Shown here: positions 52,381-64,000 of the stretch, piece by piece
How the letters are laid out: each line of letters begins with the position of its first letter
Position numbering within the stretch: position 1 is the stretch's first letter
Assembly: GCA_002269645.1 (NCBI GenBank)
Contig: NIVC01003588.1
Span: 1 to 64,000 of the forward strand
DNA length: 64,000 nt
From: Macrostomum lignano
Taxonomy: Eukaryota
Reading direction: 5' to 3'
The notes under the pieces: generated by a model
Told to the model about the DNA's origin: nothing
Database searches by the model: none
What the model saw: the letters and a program-made list of their open reading frames with translations, nothing else
Program-made: the position numbers and the translations under genes

Positions 52381-53089
52381 GTGGGGCAGATTTTCAAATT
52401 CGATCTGTTTCTTGGAAATTGATAAGTAAATCAAACAAAGCAGATAAATGTCACACTATAAAAATGAAAAATGCAATTAATAAGTGCCGATGATTTTCAT
52501 TGCAGTGGCTGCTGAACCCCATGACAGAGTGTAGAAATTCACTCGAGTAAAACAGCTAAACTATTCTCGTGACTAACCCAGTGTTTGCCTCAGTATTCAA
52601 TAAACTGATTTTTAACCGAATGCTAAACTCCAATAAGTGCTATTGACTATGAATAACTGCAATCAATAACTGAATAGATTTGCCAGTAAAATTTCCATTA
52701 ATATCTAGTATTCGATATCCGTTTATTTCCTAGAATTAAGCAGGTAAACAAAACCAAATAAGCCGCATCAGCAAATTTATAGTTGATGTTAATGCCAACT
52801 TAATTATAGTTTAGTCATCACTAGTAAGCTGTCTCTTTAAGCGAGGCCATTTATTAAATGTCAACAATTTCAGTTGGCGAATTAAGACGTGTCAAATAAT
52901 AAAATTTTACATCTATAAATAGAAAGTTTGATTACGGTCTAAAACTGGTTTTATTGTCAGCTGACAATCAAAGCTCAGAATTGACATTGGTGCTTTATTA
53001 GGTGCATAATTTGGCGTGTAATTAGCGTTTCATTTAGTCCCTTATTATGTGAAAAGGTAAATGTATTATTAAGGCGTACAATTAGATAT

Positions 53090-53505
53090 ACGAGTATATA
53101 CGCTCGTAATTAGGTGTATAATTAGATGTATAATTAGTGTACTATTAGTTGTGTAATTAGTGTGTAATTTGGTGTGCGATTAGTGCATAATTTGGTGTTC
53201 GATTAGTGTATCAATAGGTCTGCGATTAGTGTATGATTAGGTGGGTAAGTAGTGTATAATTAGTTGTTTAATCAGTGTATAATTAGGTGTGTAATCAGTG
53301 TATTATTAGTTGTGTAATTAGTGTATAAATTGGTGTGCGATTAGTGCATAATTTGGTGGTCGATTAGTGTATCATTATGTGTGTAATTAGTGTACAATTA
53401 GGTGCCTGATTATGTGGATAGGTAGGCATGCTTTTAGGCGTACAATTAGGCGTACAATTAGGTGCATAATTATGTGGTTAAGTGCATAATTAGGTGTAAT
53501 TTTAG
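53090..53505. repeat. Degenerate 11-13-bp TAATTAGGTG-type repeat in APC intron 2
   Basis: Recurrent TAATTAG/GATTAG motif. Confidence 0.8.
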
Positions 53506-53627
53506 GTGATTAATTTACGAGGTATGCTATTCGACACATCATTAGGAGTAAATTATATTATTTTAGTAAAAATTTGAGTTCAATCTATAACTAATTAATT
53601 ACTGTGTTTTTAAACGCTATCTTCCAG

Positions 53628-53761
53628 TGAAAACGCAGGCCGTTAAAAGCGCCTCAACTGGCAAGCCGAGCCAGATACGAGCCAGACAGACTACTGCGGT
53701 CAGTAGTACGGCCGAGGCCAGACGGACTGCTAGCCAACGCCGATCCGCGCCGCCAAGCTGA
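53628..53761 (+). CDS. APC: APC homologue probable terminal exon (VKTQAVKSASTGKPSQIRARQ..RRSAPPS*)
   Basis: Acceptor cttccAG; phase 1 matches the donor at 52381; open to TGA at 53759-61; GC-rich island. Confidence 0.7.
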
Positions 53762-53849
53762 ACATGATGGCTTTACAGCATTACACTGTCACTTGCTGCT
53801 CAGTGGATACATACTACCCTTGGGGTCATTCTATGGCCTCCATTTGGAC

Positions 53850-55760
53850 TCTTTAATGGACACATCCCTTGGGTACTTTAATGGACACATCCCTTGGGTA
53901 CTTTAATGGACACATCCCTTCGGTACTTTAATGGACACATCCCTTGGGTACTTTAATGGACACATCCCTTGGGTACTTTAATGGACACATCCCTTGGGTA
54001 CTTTAATGGACACATCCCTTGGGTACTTTAATGGACACATCCCTTGGGTACTTTAATGGACACATCCCTTCGGTACTTTAATGGACACATCCCTTAGATT
54101 CTTTAATGGACACATCCCTTGGATACTTTAATGGACACATCCCTTGGATACTTTGATGGACACATCCCTTGGATACTTTGATGGACACATCCCTTGGATA
54201 CTTTGATGGACACATCCCTTGGGTACTTTGGTGGACACATCCCTTGGGTACTTCGGTGGAAACATCATCCCTTGGGTACTTTGATGGACACATCCCTTGG
54301 GTACTTTAATGGACACATCCCTTGGGTACTTTAATGGACACATCCCTTGGGTACTTTAATGGACACATCCCTTAGATTCTTTAATGGACACATCCCTTGG
54401 ATACTTTGATGGACACATCCCTTGGATACTTTGATGGACACATCCCTTGGGTACTTTGATGGAAAAATCCCTTGGGTACTTTAATGGACACATCCCTTGG
54501 GTACTTTAATGGACACATCCCTTAGATTCTTTAATGGACACATCCCTTGGGTACTTCGGTGGACACATCCCTTGGGTACTTTGGTGGACACATCCCTTGG
54601 GTACTTCGGTGGAAACATCATCCCTTGGGTACTTTGATGGACACATCCCTTGGGTACTTTAATGGACACATCCCTTGGGTACTTTAATGGACACATCCCT
54701 TGGGTACTTTAATGGACACATCCCTTCGGTACTTTAATGGACACATCCCTTAGATTCTTTAATGGACACATCCCTTGGATACTTTAATGGACACATCCCT
54801 TGGATACTTTGATGGACACATCCCTTGGATACTTTGATGGACACATCCCTTGGATACTTTGATGGACACATCCCTTGGGTACTTTGGTGGACACATCCCT
54901 TGGGTACTTCGGTGGAAACATCATCCCTTGGGTACTTTGATGGACACATCCCTTGGGTACTTTAATGGACACATCCCTTGGGTACTTTAATGGACACATC
55001 CCTTGGGTACTTTAATGGACACATCCCTTGGGTACTTTAATGGACACATCCCTTAGATTCTTTAATGGACACATCCCTTGGATACTTTAATGGACACATC
55101 CCTTGGATACTTTGATGGACACATCCCTTGGGTACTTTGATGGAAACATCCCTTGGGTACTTTAATGGACACATCCCTTGGGTACTTTAATGGACACATC
55201 CCTTAGATTCTTTAATGGACACATCCCTTGGATACTTTGATGGACACATCCCTTGGATACTTTGATGGACACATCCCTTGGGTACTTTGATGGAAAAATC
55301 CCTTGGGTACTTTAATGGACACATCCCTTGGGTACTTTAATGGACACATCCCTTGGGTACTTTAATGGACACATCCCTTAGATTCTTTAATGGACACATC
55401 CCTTGGGTACTTCGGTGGACACATCCCTTGGGTACTTTGGTGGACACATCCCTTGGGTACTTCGGTGGAAACATCATCCCTTGGGTACTTTGATGGACAC
55501 ATCCCTTGGATACTTTGGTGGACACATCCCTTGGGTACTTTGGTGGACACATCTCTTAGGTCCTATGGACACATCGCTTAGGTCATATGGAAATATCGCT
55601 TGTGTCCTATGGACACACCCCTTGGGTCATATGGACACATCCCTTAGGCCCTATGGACACATCCTTTAGGTTATATGAACACATCCCTTGGGCCCTATGG
55701 ACACATCCCTATGGGCACATTACTTAGGTCAATAGACACGCCCCCGGGACCTTCAGTGGA
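53850..55760. repeat. 25-bp minisatellite (GGACACATCCCTTGGGTACTTTAAT) with higher-order blocks
   Basis: 25-bp period; a block recurs at a 656-bp offset (54078/54734). Confidence 0.97.
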
Positions 55761-56411
55761 CACATCCTTTGAGTCGTTCTCTAGGCGCAAACCCACCTGC
55801 AAGGTAACTCCTCCCAAAACTCGCTAGACCAATCAAGGTTCAATACAAAACCGCTAACTTCGCCGCTTTCAAGTGTCAGAACTGCAATGCTCTCAAGTGT
55901 ACACGACTGTAACAGTTTTTTTTATTCTGTTCCACATGTTACAGTTTATGCTTAGCCACTAAAGCCAATAAATCAAACTTAGCCAGTGTATTAGTAAATA
56001 TTATTAACAATAGATGCTGATTTAGTCACCATTAAGTAGCCTGCGTTGCCGATTGATTGCTATCAATGTTTTTCATTTCTAAAGTACATTTCTAAAAATT
56101 GATGCTCTGGCCATTTTTCATTCATTGCGGTTGCCCGTCGCAATTTTACAGTCGGGATCGTTGTGTCCGGGTGCGACGCAATTATTTTATCCCTCGGGAG
56201 TTGCGTGACTGCTGGGAATCTCCCCCTGTCTTTTAACTTCTCGAATATTTTGGCAGAGAGAGGCTGCGCTATTGCTAAGCCATCAAGTAATTGCCCAGCA
56301 ACAAAAAAAATTCCAGCGTGTTTAACTGAGAGGAAAAAGCAGCCGACACTGTGCGGCAAATGCTGGAATGTGGGCTGTGTTGACTACGCATAAAAGTTAA
56401 AAGCTTGTAGT

Positions 56412-57137
56412 ATGGGTTTTTGTGCTTGTGGGAGTTGGGGCTATGCTTGTGGGGGTTGGGGCTGTGCTTGTGGGGGTTGGGGCTGTGCTTGTGGGAGTTG
56501 GGGCTGTCCTTGTGGGGGTTGGGGCTGTGCTTGTGGGAGTTGGGGCTGTGCTTGTGGGGGTTGGGACTGTGCTTGTGGGGTTTGGGGCTGTGCTTGTGGG
56601 GGTTGGGGCTATGCTTGTGGGGGTTGGGGCTGTGCTTGTGGGGGTTGGGGCTGTGCTTGTGGGAGTTGGGGCTGTGCTTGTGGGGGTTGGGGCTGTGCTT
56701 GTGGGAGTTGGGGCTGTGCTTGTGGGGGTTGGGGCTGTGCTTGTGGGAGTTGGGGCTGTGCTTGTGGGGTTGGGGCTGTGCTTGTGGGGGTTGGGGCTGT
56801 GCTTGTGGGGGTTGGGGCTGTGCTTGTGGGGTTGGGGCTGTGCTTGTGGGGGTTGGGGCTGTGCTTGTGGGGGTTGGGGCTGTGCTTTGTGGGGGTTGGG
56901 GCTGTGCTTGTGGGGTTGGGGCTGTGCTTGTGGGGGTTGGGGCTGTGCTTGTGGGGTTGGGGCTGTGCTTGTGGGGGTTGGGGCTGTGCTTGTGGGGGTT
57001 GGGGCTGTGCTTGTGGGGTTGGGGCTGTGCTTGTGGGGTTGGGGCTGTGCTTGTGGGGTTGGGGCTGTGCTTGTGGGGGTTGGGGCTGTGCTTGTGGGGT
57101 TGGGGCTGTGCTTGTGGGAGTTGGGGCTGTGCTTGTA
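56412..57137. repeat. 20/21-bp G-rich minisatellite (GTGGGGGTTGGGGCTGTGCTT)
   Basis: Direct periodicity; source of the GGWGCAC ORFs. Confidence 0.97.
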
Positions 57138-57739
57138 AGTTCTCAGGAACTGGACTTGCTTTGGGAACCGTGTTTGGAGTCTGTGTTGAAGGTCTTTGTT
57201 AAAGGGGTCTTTTCGAGTAGGGCTTAATGTGCTGCGATTTTTTGAATCTCTAAAGCCTGAGGAAAAAACGGTAAATTCATCCGATCAGTACCTGCCGAGC
57301 CACTAGTGCCGGCCTGCAGCAATAGTCCAACAAAGTTTGTCTTTTAGCCAGCCAAGCACGCATGCCGGCTAGGTAGAGGGCTCGGATTCCTGATCCGCTA
57401 GTATACCAGCGGGGATTAATATATGGGATATTCCGGGCGGCTGTCACGCCCTCGATGTCTTCTCGGAAACTTCGTATTCAATCTTTTCCGCTCCCTGTCT
57501 GTCTCTCCCTCTCAGTCCTGCACAGCTGGTGCCGTATCGCTAGATGGATGCGACTGATCAAGGACTCCTAAGTGACATAGAGTCTGGACTGGAAGCCAAA
57601 ACGACCACTAAAAGAAATAAAAAGAATAGCCGTTAGACACCGCGGTCAAAGGCTTAATTTTATTGTATGCATTTTATTTTCAGTTCGGCTACGGTTCTCT
57701 GGAACATGGTCATTGATGATCAAGAAGTATGATGATGAT

Positions 57740-58250
57740 AAATCCTGACCCGATCCTCAAGGTCCCTCACCCCTTTTGACGGCCTTCTTCTACCTCTCGC
57801 CCCATTGGACATCTTTGTCCGCGGCGAGGCAGCCAAAACGTGTGCCTTTAAGATTTGAAGGACAGCGGCACTCCCTCTGTCCTTTCGGACACAGAACCGC
57901 ACTTCCTGAATCTCTACCAACGCTTCAAGGTCCTTATCCCCTCCAGGGAGAACGCTCACGACAAGTGAACCCACAGGAGGTCCACTGTTTCACGGATGGA
58001 TCCTCCAAAGATGGACATCGTTAGTGTGCATCCTTATCAGCGGACGCGTGATCTCTAGCGTCTTCCAGAATGAAGTGTCCTCGCCATCAGCTCCTGCGTT
58101 GCAGAAGATAATCTTCTTCCACTCTGACGGCCAGGCTGTCAGACCAGCGCGCCGACTCTCTTGCACTTGGATCCAGGTTATTTCTCAGCCCCGTGACCCT
58201 GACCTCTATCTCTGCCATGGTGTCGCTAATCGCCAGATGGGACGACTTCC
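57740..58250 (+). mobile_element. Decayed non-LTR retrotransposon (I/LOA-like) RT-connection and RNase H fragment
   Basis: Across frameshifts: LLLPLAPLDIFVRGEA, then GH, VHCFTDGSSK, SSVFQNEV and IIFFHSDGQAV, matching the (F/Y)TDGS, VFQAE and SDSQA RNase H motifs. Confidence 0.72.
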
Positions 58251-58299
58251 CAACTGCCTTCAATCATGAGCGGCAGGGAGCTCCAGTGCTGAGCTAGAG

Positions 58300-58470
58300 G
58301 GCTGTGCTAAGGGGGGCTGTGCTGAGGGATGTGCTGAGGGGGATGTGCTGAGGGATGTGCTAAGGGGGCTGTGCTGACGGGGCTGTGCTGACGGGGCTGT
58401 GCTGAGGGGGCTGTGCTGAGGGGGCTGTGCTGAGGGGGGGGCACTGTGCTGTGCTGGGCGGTGCTAGGTG
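58300..58470. repeat. 14-bp GGGGGCTGTGCTGA repeat
   Basis: Short periodic tract. Confidence 0.85.
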
Positions 58471-58667
58471 CACTGAGTCCAGTTGCGTTCATCCCAGTAG
58501 ACTAAGAAGTTTATCCTAGCTCCAATTCTAATTCGTTGCTTCCATCCAGTCCAGTCCAGATTCTAAGAAAGCATTTTTAGCCGTCCATGATCGGACCTAA
58601 AGCACGGCGTAGAGCCTTATTGCACACACTTTCCGATCAAATGTGCAGAGCGAAAATGTGATGTCAG

Positions 58668-58720
<53 letters not shown>

Positions 58721-59257
58721 GGAAATACATCGAAACACAATAACCCCAGTTGGGTTAAAAGTTCATTCCATAAGAAATAGAATTATTTCTCTCCTTATTT
58801 ATTCTCCCAGGGGAGGAATGGCAGGCGGAGTGGCCGACCTAATGCACGCCTAGCGAGTGTAGCGTATATCCGGTATTCTGGGCCTCAGATAACTGCGGCT
58901 GGAAACCCAGCAGAGAGAGAGAGAGAGAGAGAGAGAGCCGTGTTGGATATCCAAACTAACTGAGGGAAAAATTTCCCCAATCCTTGGGGCTGTAGGATCC
59001 GCGTGACTGGAGGCCAATGTGCAGCAGATGGGATCTGCCTTTGATCCGACGATAGCAGGTGCGAATAACTCGCTTCGGGCTTCTTTAACTAGCCACCGTG
59101 GGACAGTGGGCTTAGCCTTTGACAGCCTCGTTTTCTGACCTTGTTTTTGGTCAGTTTCTTTGACCTTTTTTCTCGTCATCCTGTCTTCTTCGGCTGAAGA
59201 TTGAAGGCTTGAGTGAGGCGCGCGATTTCTTGCTCTAATTGAACCAGTTTCTTTGTG

Positions 59258-61150
59258 GATATGCCACTTGTTATCCTGAGTGTGTCATTTGCCATTAGTG
59301 TGCCACCTGTTATCCTGAGTGTGCCATTTGCCATTAGTGTGCCACCTGTTATCCTGAGTGTGTCATTTGTTATTAGTGTGCCACTTGTTATCCTGAGTGT
59401 GTCATTTGCCATTAGTGTACCACTTGTTATCCTGAGTGTGTCGTTTGTTATTAGTGTGCCACTTGTTATCCTGAGTGTGTCGTTTGTTATTAGTGTGCCA
59501 CTTGTTATCCTGAGTGTGTCATTTGCCATTAGTGTACCACTTGTTATCCTGAGTGTGTCGTTTGTTATTAGTGTGCCACTTGTTATCCTGAGTGTGTCGT
59601 TTGTTATTAGTGTGCCACTTGTTATCCTGAGTGTGTCATTTGCCATTAGTGTACCACTTGTTATCCTGAGTGTGTCGTTTGTTATTAGTGTGCCACTTGT
59701 TATCCTGAGTGTGCCATTTTCCATTAGTGTGCCACCTGTTATCCTGAGTGTGCCATTTGTCATTAGTGTGCAACCTGTTATCCTGAGTGTGTCGTTTGTT
59801 ATTAGTGTGCCACTTGTTATCCTGAGTGTGCCATTTTCCATTAGTGTGCCACCTGTTATCCTGAGTGTGCCATTTGCCATTAGTGTGCCACCTGTTATCC
59901 TGAGTGTGTCATTTGCCATTAGTGTACCACTTGTTATCCTGAGTGTGTCATTTGCCATTAGTGTGCCACTTGTTATCCTGAGTGTGTCGTTTGTTATTAG
60001 TGTGCAACCTGTTATCCTGAGTGTGCCCTTTGTTATCCTGAGTGTGCCATTTGTTATCCTGAGTGTGTCATTTGTTATCCTGAGTGTGTCATTTGTTATC
60101 CTGAGTGTGCCATTTGTTATCCTGAGTGTGTCATTTGTTATCCTGAGTGTGTCATTTGTTATCCTGAGTGTGTCATTTGTTATCCTGAGTGTGTCATTTG
60201 TTATCCTGAGTGTGTCATTTGTTATCCTGAGTGTGTCATTTGTTATCCTGAGTGTGTCATTTGTTATCCTGAGTGTGTCATTTGTTATCCTGAGTGTGCC
60301 ATTTGTCATCCTGAGTGTGCCATTTGTTATCCTGAGTGTGTCATTTGTTATCCTGAGTGTGCCATTTGTTATCCTGAGTGTGCCATTTGTTATCCTGAGT
60401 GTGCCATTTGTCATCCTGAGTGTGTCATTTGTTATCCTGAGTGTGTCATTTGTTATCCTGAGTGTGCCATTTGTCACCCTGAGTGTGCCATTTGTTATCC
60501 TGAGTGTGTCATTTGTTATCCTGAGTGTGCCATTTGTTATCCTGAGTGTGCCATTTGTCATCCTGAGTGTGTCATTTGTTATCCTGAGTGTGTCATTTGT
60601 TATCCTGAGTGTGTCATTTGTTATCCTGAGTGTGCCATTTGTCATCCTGAGTGTGCCATTTGTCATCCTGAGTGTGCCATTTGTCATCCTGAGTGTGCCA
60701 TTTGTTATCCTGAGTGTGTCATTTGTTATCCTGAGTGTGCCATTTGTCATCCTGAGTGTGTCATTTGTTATCCTGAGTGTGCCATTTGTTATCCTGAGTG
60801 TGTCATTTGTTATCCTGAGTGTGTCATTTGTTATCCTGAGTGTGTCATTTGTTATCCTGAGTGTGCCATTTGCCATTAGTGTGCCACTTGTTATCCTGAG
60901 TGTGCCATTTGTCATCCTGAGTGTGCCATTTGTTATCCTGAGTGTGCCATTTGTCATTAGTGTGCCATTTGCCATTAGTGTGCCACTTGTTATCCTGAGT
61001 GTGTCATTTGTTATCCTGAGTGTGTCATTTGTTATCCTAAGTGTGCCATTTGTCATCCTGAGTGTGCCATTTGTTATCCTGAGTGTGTCATTTGTTATCC
61101 TGAGTGTGCCATTTGTCATCCTGAGTGTGCCATTTGTCATTAGTGTGCGT
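59258..61150. repeat. 21-bp minisatellite with 18+21-bp higher-order units (CCATTTGTTATCCTGAGTGTG); frame-preserving
   Basis: All units are multiples of 3; open frames on both strands (59176..61188 -, 59255..61204 +). Confidence 0.97.
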
Positions 61151-61794
61151 ACCATTTTTCTGTCACCTTTAAGGCCAGATTGCGTCATGCACGCTCAGTC
61201 TTAGCGATGCAATTATTAAACTCTATGCATGGAGACAGGCCTGATTTGCTTCCCCGATTGCATGGTTAATTTTTCAAAGGATGACCTCTTTGACCTCGGC
61301 AGACAAACAGGCAAAACATTGGCAAGGTAGTTTAGTCGTAAAAGAGATTAAGATTAACAGTAAGCATTTCGGTAACCTTACTATATATTTCTTATATCCA
61401 CTATTTCAGTTGAGGGAATTTAGTCGAATACTTAATTGGTTATTAATATTGAAGCGACTAGAGGCGATGCAGGATGCAGCTGGATGCCAGTGGGGCTTGA
61501 ATGCACAAAGCCATAAGAGAGACGAGAGCTTGAGATGAAGTTTATGCGCAAATAATATTAGTTCCCCATATGGGATGTGCGGCCTAGCCAGGGAAGATAT
61601 CCCAATGCCTGTGGGACAGTGTGGATACCCCCATCTCGATCTATATATGATTAGGGCAGATCAGCCATCACCCTTAATCACAGAGGCCGTCCATCAGGGG
61701 TGCCGATTCTCATAAATGATGCATCGCTTTTCAGTGGAACACAGGAGGCGGATTAGACAGTCAAAAAAAGAATTTTTGAGTCCTCAGAGGTGGC

Positions 61795-62280
61795 TCAGGA
61801 GCACTCGGTGCAGTCGAATATCTTCATCTGGGCGGCCAGGACGCTGAACTCGTCGAAGTTGATGACTCCGTCCTGGTCGCTGTCAGCCGCTGTCATCATG
61901 TCGTCCAGCTCGCGGTCGGACATGCCCTCCTGCAGGATCTCGTTCATGACGAACTTCAGCTCGGACTTGGAGATCACCCCGTCCTGGTTCTGGTCCAGCA
62001 GCTCGAAGATTCGCTGCTTCTCCGACTGCGGCTTGTGGCCGCCCTTCTCCACGAAGGCGTTCATCATGGCGACGAATTCCTGGAATTCCAGAGTGCCGTT
62101 CGAGTTCTTGTCGAACTCGCGGATGAGAGCCTCCGCCTCCGGACGTGTGACCGTCTGGCCGGCCGCCCGCATCAGGCTGACGAGCTCCTTGACCTCGATG
62201 GCGCCGTTGCCGTTGGTGTCGGACTTGTTGAACACCTCCCGGAGCACTTCAACATTGCTGCCGCCGTGTTTGTCGCACAT
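61795..62280 (-). CDS. Calmodulin-like protein, four EF-hands, 161 aa, no intron in the CDS
   Basis: Canonical loops DTNGNGAIEVKE, DKNSNGTLEFQE, DQNQDGVISKSE and DSDQDGVINFDE; first ATG at 62280 (the ORF track starts at a TTG; an acceptor-like ccccAG lies at 62388-83). Confidence 0.93.
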   Translation of the reverse strand: MCDKHGGSNVEVLREVFNKSDTNGNGAIEVKELVSLMRAAGQTVTRPEAEALIREFDKNSNGTLEFQEFVAMMNAFVEKGGHKPQSEKQRIFELLDQNQDGVISKSELKFVMNEILQEGMSDRELDDMMTAADSDQDGVINFDEFSVLAAQMKIFDCTECS

Positions 62281-62789
62281 GTTCAACGAATTTGGTACAC
62301 TTTTGGCTGACTGGCTGCGAAGGTTCTGCTGCCTCTGTGCCCCCGACTCAGCTGCTGCTGTCTTTGACAAAGGCAAAATATCCTGGGGCAGCAGCCTCAG
62401 GGGTGAGGTGGGGGGGGGGCATCGGGCCTATCCTGGCATGGCAGAGGTCCCTCGCCCTCCCTCCCCCTAACGCCTCTGTCCGTCCTTCCTTCATCCTAGC
62501 AGTTTTGCGGTGCGGCATCGCCATGCACAGCCATGACAGGCCGAAAAAGAGGGGTAGGGAACAGCATAAGGAACAAGGCCAGCCCCGTGACCGGGTAGGT
62601 AAGTTTTCAGTTGCTGAGGTGGAGGCATGGGGCATGGGGCTCTGTACTGCGGTCTGGGAGAGATGCTGCATGCCTGCCAGCCAGACTGCGTGCTGTCTTC
62701 GAATCGGAAATCAACAGTAATGGCTTGTCGTAATTTTACGAGCTATGTGGAGCACTAATGGTTCTAAACTGTGAAAATTGTTGTTACCC

Positions 62790-63250
62790 CAAGCTTCATA
62801 TTCCCCAAATGTCATATTTCAAAAATATAATATTCCCCTAATGTCATTTCCTCCAATGTCATATTCCCCAATGTCATATTCCCCAAATGTCATATTCCCC
62901 AATGTCATATTCCCCAAATGCCATATTCCCCAATGTCATATTCCCCAATGTCATATTCCCCATATTTCATATTCTCCAATGTCATATTCCCCAATGTCAT
63001 ATTCCCCAATGTCATATTCCCCAATGTCATATTCCCCAATGTCATATTCCCCATATTTCATATTCTCCAATGTCATATTCCCAAATGTAATATTCCCCAA
63101 TGTCATATTCTCCAATGTCATATTCCCCAATGTCATATTCCCCAAATGTCATATTCCCCAATGTCATATTCCCCAATGTCATATTCCCCATATTTCATAT
63201 TCTCCAATGTCATATTCCCAAATGTAATATTCCCACAAATGTCATATTCA
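62790..63250. repeat. 15/16-bp minisatellite (CCCCAATGTCATATT)
   Basis: Direct periodicity. Confidence 0.95.
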
Positions 63251-63564
63251 AGTCGTTAGTTTATGCAGCTAACAGTGGAACTGCCTTCATCCCATTAGCT
63301 CGGCCTATTGCAATAATATCTCATAGGCCTGTAATGCGATCTCTTAAGAGGATTAGACATTAGTACTGCATCAATTACTCAAGTCGAATGCAGCCTCTTT
63401 GTTTTCTCCCTAGTCGAGTGGCTCTTTCGGATGGATATCGGCGATATCTTCTGCCATCTCAGTTAGCTCGTCTACTCATCTTATTCCTGCTCGCAAACTC
63501 AGCTCGTTAAATGCAAATTTTCTCAGCTCATTACTCTCTCGGTTAACACTAGCTGGGTTAAAAC

Positions 63565-64000
63565 CTCTCCGTTCATTATCCCTTTACTCTCCCTTCATTA
63601 TCCCTTTACTCTCCCTTCATTATCCCTTTACTCTCCGTTCATTATCCCTTTACTCTCCCTTCATTATCCCTTTACTCTCCGTTCATTATCCCTTTACTCT
63701 CCCTTCATTATCCCTTTACTCTCCCTTCATTATCCCTTTACTCTCCCTTCATTATCCCTTTACTCTCCCTTCATTATCCCTTTACTCTCCCTTCATTATC
63801 CCTTTACTCTCCCTTCATTATCCCTTTACTCTCCGTTCATTATCCCTTTACTCTCCCTTCATTATCCCTTTACTCTCCGTTCATTATCCCTTTACTCTCC
63901 CTTCATTATCCCTTTACTCTCCGTTCATTATCCCTTTACTCTCCCTTCATTATCCCTTTACTCTCCCTTCATTATCCCTTTACTCTCCCTTCATTATCCC
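63565..64000. repeat. 22-bp minisatellite (CTCTCCCTTCATTATCCCTTTA), runs off the window
   Basis: Direct periodicity. Confidence 0.97.

Noticed and set aside
52381-52493. APC C-terminus GADFQIRSV..KCR as in the ORF track
   Set aside because: Composition turns AT-rich after a donor at 52381, and a phase-compatible exon exists at 53628; probably intron read-through.
61790-62470. 226-aa plus-strand ORF
   Set aside because: Antisense shadow of the calmodulin-like CDS.

Overview
Animal (eukaryotic) genomic DNA: GC-rich spliced exons embedded in roughly half tandem-repeat DNA. The style (GC-rich coding sequence, a different minisatellite in many introns) resembles the flatworm Macrostomum, but that assignment is inference. 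Genes assembled by hand from GT-AG boundaries and frame continuity: (1) the 3' part of an unidentified Ser/Pro-rich protein with SxIP motifs and a C-terminal PDZ-type motif (1073-4319, +); (2) a complete 9-exon, 340-aa kinase-only MLCK-family gene with a C-terminal calmodulin-binding helix (8757-18730, +); (3) a 3-exon, ~940-aa divergent APC homologue (48400-53761, +); (4) a four-EF-hand calmodulin-like CDS with no intron in the coding region (61795-62280, -). Mobile DNA: a 1634-bp P-superfamily (THAP) deletion derivative with 94-bp TIRs, an 8-bp TSD and a foreign GC-rich insert in MLCK intron 5; a decayed LINE RNase H segment; tRNA-like SINE heads; small fold-back elements; and a dispersed repeat that shares its core with, or abuts, different minisatellites. 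18.9-36.1 kb is a head-to-tail duplication of a ~8.5-9 kb cassette of seven different tandem arrays. Almost all long ORFs in the supplied track are artefacts of tandem repeats. No rRNA, CRISPR array or intact tRNA was found.
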